A stretch of DNA of 57,794 bases, counting the filler, from Bipalium vagum (lineage: Eukaryota), in NCBI GenBank assembly GCA_037834085.1. It is 3 parts of 3 records of this genome, joined end to end, with 100 filler letters (N's around TTAATTAATTAA, not from the genome) between each part and the next. Parts side by side here need not be neighbours in the genome. Positions count along the whole stretch, not along the records: positions 39,590 to 57,794 come from JBBMKC010036450.1; 2 more parts are not named here. One strand, given 5' to 3'. Below, piece after piece: positions 49,515 to 57,794 of this stretch (within the stretch, counting starts at the first letter, position 1; every line of letters starts with the position of its first letter). The position numbers and the translations under genes are program-made. The notes under the pieces were generated by a model. That model was not told where the DNA came from and did not search any database. It worked only from the letters and a program-made list of their open reading frames with translations.

Positions 49515-51311
49515 TTATCCTTTAGACTTTGGAGACTTTTTTGGTGATTCGCTTTTTGCAGTTGGACTTTTATTTGCCGTTTCAGTTGGGGGAGTATCTA
49601 ATTTTTTGCAAAAGATGTGTGGTTGTGACTTCGTTGTGTGGACTGCATCACATTTTACAGGCAAATGATTCCAGGTTGGACAAGTGGACCATTTATTGAT
49701 ATATCTGGTCTCTCTGGTCAGAATGAAGGGTACCCTCACAGCCGGATGTCCACTTTCCTTATCTGTCGGTGTTTGTAAATTCATTCGAACGACAATATCA
49801 TAACTGATATAAACAGTGTGGCACAGATCACGGTTAGTTAAAATTCGTTTCGTTTGGATTTTTGCTGGTGCTCCATCACTGGGAGCCTTTTCTTGAGTCG
49901 ATTCGGCTTTTGGTGGTGATTTCTTGTTTTTCGGTGATTCCTTTTTCGATTCTCTTTTCGATTTTTCCGGCGAACCTTTTGCTTTTGGAGATTTTTCATT
50001 GGTACCTTCAGCAGCAGCGATTTCTTCCGGTGTCAATGGAACGTCTTTCATGATTATTGTACTTGAAGCGAGGAAAATTTTTTCGTCACGCTCCATTTTA
50101 CCGTCGCAAGCTAAATTGTATTTGGACCAATCGTACATGGGTGTAATTTGAACGGTTTTCGTCCAACTTTTGCTTTTGGGATTTATTGGCAAACCATTTT
50201 CTCCGGGTTTCAACCAAACTTCATTGAGTGGAATGCTACTGTCGTGGGGTATTTCGTTAAAAAATCTATAATTTTGCTCAAAGAAAACTGTTATACTGTT
50301 GATTACATGTCTCTGGGAATTATTTTCAACATTAATTGTAACTATTATCTCTTCGCCGTGATAATAAAGGTCTCTATTTAAAGATGCCGACAAAATTAGG
50401 TCGCCTATATCGTCAAGGGTTTGATACCGAATATAATTACATGGCGAACTTTTTCGTAAGGTAAAGGTTAACAACGATGGAGCTATTGTATATTTCCAAA
50501 AATTAAGCCGCACTTCTTTATCTGACGTTGGTTTTATATATTCGTATTTAGCGATAAAAGTTCTCAATACCCAAAACAAACCGTCTACAGGATATTGGTG
50601 ATTATATGGTCTATTAAAAGTTACTGAATTTGGTGCTCCAGAAAGATCAAAAAGGAATGGATAACCTTCCCATTCACTACCGTATTCAGTACGTATTTTT
50701 CTAATCAACGTTTGATTATATGGTGTCGGTAATACTTTTCTCTCAAAATTTGATGGCTGAATATAATAATAATCTCTGTAACATTGATGTTGAGCCCGAA
50801 TTTGTGGCGGGAATGGAGTGATGGGTGAAGATTCTGAGTATTTCCATGTTGCAGTAACCTCAACAAATAGTTTTTCATCATTACCTAGAAAAAGATGTCT
50901 TCGCATTGCTACTACACCTTCAATTATGGGTTTCTCATAAATTGGGGGCAATGGTTCATTTTCGTCCGCCGGCTTTTTACCTTTAGGAGATCCTTTTTCA
51001 TTTGGTGATCCTTTACCTTTGCCTCCTTTATTTGAATTGCATAATTGTTGAACTTCTGGAGCCTCATTGAATACTTCAAAAATATGTACCCGTCTAACTA
51101 TTAATGCCATATGATGTGTGACACGCTTGTAAGATGGATCCATAGGGGTTTCATATCTGCGACGTGCAAATGTCTCATTGTCAGCTTTAAGACATTCTTC
51201 AGCTGACCATTTTGGTAAAACCCTCTTTTCTGGACTCTTCTTATTTTTTCCTGCATCGCTTTTCGAACCTTTGCGATTGGGTGATTCCTTTTTAGGACTT
51301 CCTTTAGCCAT
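49515..51311 (-). CDS. Divergent beta/visual-type arrestin, intronless, with Lys-rich SP-repeat insertions (598 aa)
   Basis: IEGVV, YPFLFDL..PNSVT, VRL..WKY..AP, LSASLNRDLYYHGEEI.V...NNS, LACDGK..LASST and ISYDIVV..VPFIL match beta-arrestin motifs in order. Confidence 0.92.
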   Translation of the reverse strand: MAKGSPKKESPNRKGSKSDAGKNKKSPEKRVLPKWSAEECLKADNETFARRRYETPMDPSYKRVTHHMALIVRRVHIFEVFNEAPEVQQLCNSNKGGKGKGSPNEKGSPKGKKPADENEPLPPIYEKPIIEGVVAMRRHLFLGNDEKLFVEVTATWKYSESSPITPFPPQIRAQHQCYRDYYYIQPSNFERKVLPTPYNQTLIRKIRTEYGSEWEGYPFLFDLSGAPNSVTFNRPYNHQYPVDGLFWVLRTFIAKYEYIKPTSDKEVRLNFWKYTIAPSLLTFTLRKSSPCNYIRYQTLDDIGDLILSASLNRDLYYHGEEIIVTINVENNSQRHVINSITVFFEQNYRFFNEIPHDSSIPLNEVWLKPGENGLPINPKSKSWTKTVQITPMYDWSKYNLACDGKMERDEKIFLASSTIIMKDVPLTPEEIAAAEGTNEKSPKAKGSPEKSKRESKKESPKNKKSPPKAESTQEKAPSDGAPAKIQTKRILTNRDLCHTVYISYDIVVRMNLQTPTDKESGHPAVRVPFILTRETRYINKWSTCPTWNHLPVKCDAVHTTKSQPHIFCKKLDTPPTETANKSPTAKSESPKKSPKSKG

Positions 51312-51944
51312 AAAACGTTTTGAGAGATTTTTAATTGATTTATTGAACTGGATTTAAATAAACATTGATTATTACTATGAACGTAATTAAAGAGGTAAAT
51401 AATAAATTTTTCTTTTATCTTTTTCTGTTAAATTCTTAAATATCAAAACTTAAATTTTCAAAGTACCAATTTTATTTATTTTAAAAATTTTAAAAATATA
51501 ATAAATTTTTTTTATTAAATATGATAAATAAACATAAATAAAATATTTCCCGAAGAATTGTGTGGACTTTGTAAGTCTTACATGGGCTGTACAATGATTT
51601 TTTGAAGCAATTTTTAAAAACTTTGATTAATTAACTATGGTAATATAATTAAGTTGTAAGATTTATAACAATATTAAAATTATTATTAAACTTCGTTTTG
51701 GACCATTTCACTTTAACGCCTGTTAAAATATAAAATACAATATAATGTAAAACCCCTTTATAGTTACTATCAAATATTTTAATAAGTAATTAAAATATAA
51801 TTAAAATTAATTAAATTAAATTAATTACCTTTAACATTTAAATTCAATGAAGAAGAAAAAATTAATAATATTTTTAAGCTAAGGTATGGAAATCAAGTTT
51901 GACGGGTTTAAAAGATCTCAGAACCATGATATGATTATAATTTT

Positions 51945-52550
51945 AATAAGAATGCTGCTGCATTTCAATACCTTACCATAAATTTTCCAGAAATTAGTGA
52001 ATTAAAGGAAGGAATATTCATTGATCCTCAAATTCGACAACTGATTAAAGACAAAGAATTTCCTTCAAAAATGACACCAGTAGAATTTAATGCTTGGAAA
52101 TCATTCGTTGCAGTTATGCATAATTTCCTTGGAAACTACAAATCCGACGATTTTGAAAAGCTAATAAAGAAAATCAAAAGCTTTCAAGTGCTAGGTTGCC
52201 GAATGAGATTAAAACATCATTTTTTAGACTCATCTGAATAATTTTCCAGCAAATCTTAGAGACTAACGTTAGTAACTGAGCTACAGATTCCACCAGGACA
52301 TTGCCAATGTGGAGAACAGATATCAGGACAACTACAGTGTCAGCATGATGGCAGGTCACTGTCGTGACACTGCAACGTAACATCATCTTAGGAAGTCTAT
52401 GAGCAAAAAATTGATTTGTAAATAAAATAATTTTTTTGTTTTAATTAATTGTTTTGATTCTTTTTCTTTAAATCTGGACTACTAAGGAAAAACGGTTTAC
52501 TGATTCGTGATCAACGATCAAAATCCATATAATCTCACCTCCAATCTCTA
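51945..52550 (+). mobile_element. Chapaev3-type (CMC) transposase 3' remnant
   Basis: FQYL..FP.ISELKEGIF..PQIRQL..AWKSF..V..NFLGN..LGCRMRLKHHFLDS and RFHQDI..ENRYQ..MMA; subterminal GATTCGTGATCAAC. Family name from my recollection of this motif set. Confidence 0.7.
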
Positions 52551-52817
52551 AGACATTTAACGTATATTGCCCATGTATTACATAGAGTTTGTGAGGGCAT
52601 TAAGAATGAGTATTCATATAAAAATGAATTTATTTCTTGTAATAAGAAAATTCCGAAGAAGGCTCCTAATTGAAATTACAAGTATTTCTCTTTTACTTTC
52701 TCCCATTCTGACTAGACAGAATACATGGCAAAATCCTATAATTTTCATTTGTGAACATATTTCAATGATATGTAAATTTTTTGATTCTTTACCAAATGAT
52801 TCTTAAGCAGTTAACAT

Positions 52818-54009
52818 ATCTGAATCGTTCAAAAAGTTTCTGGACAAGCCTACTAAGCGTGTTAATTTTTAAAAGATTTGTATATCATTTAAAACTACCA
52901 ATGTGTGGTATTTACTATGCAGAAATTCATTCGTGTGTGTTTATCTTATTTACGTCAGCATTTAAACATGTCTTTGTCTGTCGAGAACTTTTCAAAACTA
53001 TAATATCGAACGCTATTAGATTTTGACTTCTGTTAGACCAATCCAACCAGAAGATTCCTTCCAATCTTGAAACAGCTTATAAGGATAAGTGCCCCTCAAA
53101 ATCTGTGCAGGATGAAAAAAGAGATGGTCTTCCATCAACATAAGATAATGAGAAAAATAAAAAACAACTTGAGAAATTGATTCAGGATAATCGGTGAAAT
53201 ACGATTACAGGCTTCGCTGATAATCTAAAGATATTAAGAGAATCTGTGGCAAGCATGTTGGAAAAAATGAATTATAGAAAGGTCCTGTCTCTATGTATTT
53301 CTCGCTTTCTCACACCAGAAATGCTTAAAGTTACGCTGGCATCGAGCCACGAGATTCTGAGAATTCACAACATTATAACCACTAATGAAACTCCACTTAC
53401 GTGAGTCAAGAGAATGATGTACGCCTGAAGAAGTGAAGAAATGAGTGAATCAAAGTGAGAAAGCCAACGGCAGAGAAATCATGTCCACTTTGTTACGGAA
53501 AAATGGAGGAAATATTAAATTGAATTTTTTGGAAAAAAATTAGACAATTACAGGTCAGTACTATGCTGGTCTCATCTCCAAGTTTTTTGACCTCAATTGG
53601 AAACCGAGAGGACTGTCTCACTAGCTACAAATAGAAAATGCTCCAGTTCACACAAGATGTATCTCTCAAGAATCAATCGACAAGGAAGAATTCAAACTCT
53701 GAATTCACCTTTCGTACAGTCCTGATTTGGCTTCTTCCGGTTATTGTCTTTTTGGAAAATTAAAAAATAAAGTGAAATGATGTTTGAGTCCTCAGATGAC
53801 TCAGAAGAGACTGTTCGCTCTTTCTTGATGAGCTTCCTAAGGATATTTATCATGATGCGTTTAGTGACCTCCCTGTGTACCGGACAAAATGTATTGATGT
53901 ATCACTTCTATATTACTATAGCAACTGCTAGAGAATATATTAATATATTTAATATTTACTATGTAATCTTTTAAATATGCAAGTCCGAATGCATTTTGAA
54001 GGAACCATG
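52818..54009 (+). mobile_element. Degenerate near-full-length mariner (irritans-like)
   Basis: YRKVLSLCISRFLT, ITTNETPL, ENAPVHT and HLSYSPDLASSGYCLFGKLK; weakly matching ends (TC.TTCAAAA.G..T..GGAC). Confidence 0.8.
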
Positions 54010-57000
54010 TACGTAAATTTTTAGCAAGTAAACAAGAATTGAGAGACGAGCGTATTAAAGCCCTTGGTTACTTTTCCTCACAAATGCTATTGCAATATTG
54101 GAACAACAATTTTCTCAGAATGATTTGCGGTGGACTATTCTCTTGAATGTGAAGAAGGCATTTAATTTTTTTTGCAAAACGAAAATTAGATAAGAGCAAA
54201 ATCAAAAACTCTGAAATTAAATGTGACGTCAAACAAAGATCTAAATTATAAACTGCTAACAAAGTATACTCCACCACTGTCTACTGGTATTGAATGATAA
54301 TTTTCGATATATAAGTATTTAAATACGAATCGAAGGTGCAGGCTCCGAAAAAATATTGAAATATGGAACCTTGAGAACATTTTTAGTCGATTCAATTTAA
54401 ATAAATTGGGTATCAAAACTAATTTTGAAATTACTTTAGTTTTAAATTTTAAAATGTATGTATATTTTCGTATTTTTCGATTTAAAAGTATACACATTTT
54501 GGCAAATCTTTTGCGCCTTTTTGGAAACATTTTTGCACCTAGAATCTTTACTATAGTGATAACACATCATCAATACCATACCGTAACTGTCATTTTTTTC
54601 AAACACGATTTATATTTTTAAAGAAAATAATTTTTAAAATTTAAGTGTTATTGTTTAACGGAAAACGTTTTCTATTTCCTTTCTAAAACTAAAGTGCCAA
54701 TTGATAATCTCAAAAATTTTGAGGATTGATTATTAATTGAAATTTTAATATTTTTATTAATCAAGACCTAACTCCAATATCTATGATATTGCAGGTCTAA
54801 AATTTTTATTAATCGTTTCACAAAGGATTCATCTAATATCACTATTTATTTCTTATTACAGGGAAATTATTCATCTATGGTTTTTTTTTATGAAAACCAG
54901 CTCATTAACGGTTACCGCTATCCCGCCACAAAGCAGTATTGCCTGATTATCTAATGCAACTAGGTTCTTACACTATTTGAGTTGAGGGACATACATACAT
55001 AGGTAATAAAAAAAAATTCTAATGAAGAATATAATTAATTTCATTCTATTGGTTCTGCGCAAAGATCCTCATAATGAAATTATAACTCATTATTTTTTAA
55101 TTTTTTATAATAACTATGCAAAGGTTTTATGGGTCACATATTTATGAAATTTAAAATAATATTATAGCTTATAAGCTTTGTTTGAAAATATATTTGTTAA
55201 AATCATTATTGATTATGTTGATATATGCATGACCTCAATTTATTTAAATTAGCTGACTTATTTCAAGAAATAATTATGGAAGTTGGTAAAATGTATTTTA
55301 TCCGTTGGATGTCGTTGATAGATTGGCTAAAATTCCTCTAAATTTGTTTAATTGAAACCAATTTTGAGATTACAATATACTTAATATGAAGCTATCATGG
55401 ATAACTGATGCTTTTCAGTTCCTTTTTTGAAGAATTTCAAAATAAAATATATAATAAACTCTTTATTATAAGGGGATGTTTTGCAACCATAAAGAATATT
55501 AAGAAGGAAAAGAGCTTTCAGATCCACTAAACTTTTGATTTCCATGTTTTATAGTTAAGATTTTTTGCGTTCAACACAAGCATGAATTGACTTTCATATT
55601 AATAGGTTGTTTAAAAAACCGGTATGGAATTTTTTAAAGTATTATCCCTTAAAATTTTTAAATAGCAGTTTTTCTAAAGGTGTTCGTTTTATGGAAGAAA
55701 ATTTGACAAACTGCTCGAGAATCTAATTTCTATATGTTGTTCATTTTCTATTTCAATAAATAAGATAATCTGATACTGCTTACATTCATAGGTTAGGTAC
55801 TTATAGAACAAACCAAGACCTCTTATTCTTACTATGAAGATATCCTATAGCCAATTTTTCATCTTGATGATTTGAGCATAAATAAAAAAATATTTGTGTA
55901 AAAATAAAACATTTACAATGATTATAAATGAAATTTTTACCCTTTGTGAAAATTAAATGAAAGAACTTACATTTTCGACCGACGATGTCTTGGAGTTCCG
56001 AAAATTTTAAGATGAATTAAGAATTAAGAATAAATAAAAAACTCGTCAAAAATCAACTTTTTTTAAAAAAAAATGTTCAAAATTATTTTTTACATCCACA
56101 AGTTTTTGGTAACGTACAGTAAATTTTTCAGAATTTATTAAATAAATTTTTAATGAATCTTTAATTCTAAACTTCTTATTTAAAACATTATGCAAATTTA
56201 CCCAAATTTTTCCCTGACAGTTTTTCAATCAAATTATGCTTTGAATAATAATTACTTTATAATGTTCACTGGAAAGGACATATAATTTCCCTACGCCCTA
56301 TACCAAGAAGACAATATTCTCATAAATTATAGCCCCTGAGATACATTTGATATTATTATTGTTGCATTCAGCTGATAATGTGAATTTTTTCTTCAAATTT
56401 TCCGTTATTTTTTTATTTTCTATATATATTCATTTGATTAAAAAAAATGTAATGTTAGCACAAAAATATCTGTATTTCGTGCTAAATAGATAAACACGGA
56501 AAAGATATAATTAAAACAAGGAAAAATATCAAGTATCTCGATCATTTAAACAAATTTTCGTTAGGGTTTCAAAAAATATTGATAATATCTATTTATTTGG
56601 AATAATCAATAATTAAAGAATAATTTCTTGAAAATTATATTTAAATAAATATTTTCTGTCTATCAAAATTTATTATGAGAATTTAATTAAAAATATTCGA
56701 ATAGAAAATTTTATTTAAAATTTCATTATTATTAAAAGATTTAATTTTTCATTGAAAAATTTCGCATAATTTTTATAATCAATAATTATATATTTTATTT
56801 TCTGTTACATTTCAAATTACAAAAAAATTAACAATTAAAATTAATGAGTTATTAGTTGAAGATGATAAAGCTTGATCATTAGAATAGAACCAAAAATATT
56901 AAGAATAAGATAAATAAATAAATCATGTGTCAGTGTTATATTTTTACTTTAGTGTCCTTTCATTTACATTTCTTCAGTAAATTTATTCTTAATTAACACC

Positions 57001-57214
57001 TTATAAATAAAATGGGACTTTTTTGAAACTTAAATAACTTAATGTGATCTACAAATTGTTTAAATTATCTATTTTATCTTACTAAGCAAATCAAAATCTT
57101 TAAAATGATATATCGAAGTAAGATAAACACATCGTGTTTTAAATCTCGAAAAATGTGGTTTTGCATTATCATAAAGCAAAATAGGTCATTTTTTATTAAA
57201 AAATGATTTTCAAA

Positions 57215-57720
57215 TAACTTCTGGTGTCTTATTTCAATTTTGTTGAAGCTTACCTGACCTGTGATAGATTTACCAGGCTTTATAAGTTATAATGAGTTAA
57301 TCCATCTATAGATCATCAAACAGTGATCATAATCTTCTTTGGGTGAAGACTTTGCTTAGGCATATTTTTCGATTTTCATTACACGCCCAACCATCGTGCT
57401 GATCTTTGCGATTAGTGACTTCTTCAGTTTCTTCTGATAATTAACTTATTAAAGTTTCTTTCAAAATCGTTTTAATTGATCAGTGATTTTTATTGATCTT
57501 TGATAATTCAATTATTTTGCTGTTCCAAAATTCGAGTATTTTATTTGGAAAATTTGATTATTTCATTGGTTTTTGGAGCAAGATTACAGTGACAATTCGA
57601 ACTGGGTATCAAATGTTTAAGTTGATCATCGTGTGATCTTTAGCAGGAATATCGTAAGATTATATTGACCAAATAAAATTTTGTGTGATTATTTTGATTC
57701 ATTTTTGTAGGAGCACTTTG
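57215..57720 (-). mobile_element. Mariner remnant
   Basis: MPKQSLHPKKIMITV**SIDGLTHY..KPGKSITG. Confidence 0.75.
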
Positions 57721-57794
57721 ATTACAATAATTTAAAGGGTCAACAATTTTTGAGTTAAGAATGCATATACGTATATAAACGTAACAATATAATA

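Noticed and set aside
49862-50381. Three + strand ORFs overlapping the arrestin
   Set aside because: Antisense shadows of a real coding strand; no independent signal.

Overview
Very AT-rich eukaryotic DNA from a draft assembly. It is metazoan by gene content; a planarian/flatworm-like genome is only my impression from composition, (AAT)n microsatellites and mariner load. Two artificial 100-nt linkers (44N-TTAATTAATTAA-44N at 16302-16401 and 39490-39589) join three scaffolds, so linkage across them is unreliable. Host genes reconstructed by hand: (1) a 5-exon adenylate/UMP-CMP kinase-like gene with degenerate catalytic motifs (1398-2309, +); (2) exons 1-2 of CaMKII (25138-20781, -), absent from the ORF track; (3) a TRIM2/3-like coiled-coil/filamin/NHL gene (32703-27749, -) whose last exon lies 3.5 kb beyond the ORF-track call; (4) an intronless, divergent beta/visual-type arrestin with four Lys-rich SPKK-like modules (49515-51311, -); (5) a 135-aa orphan ORF. 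Much of the rest is decayed mobile DNA: mariner, Tc1, DD41D and pogo remnants (several nested), two MITE-like elements, a solo-LTR family, a gag zinc-knuckle fragment, a Chapaev3-type remnant and a Polinton/Maverick-like segment with an adenain protease pseudogene. The best candidate for something new is the SPKK-decorated arrestin lacking the phosphate-sensor Arg. All family calls come from motif recognition, not database searches.
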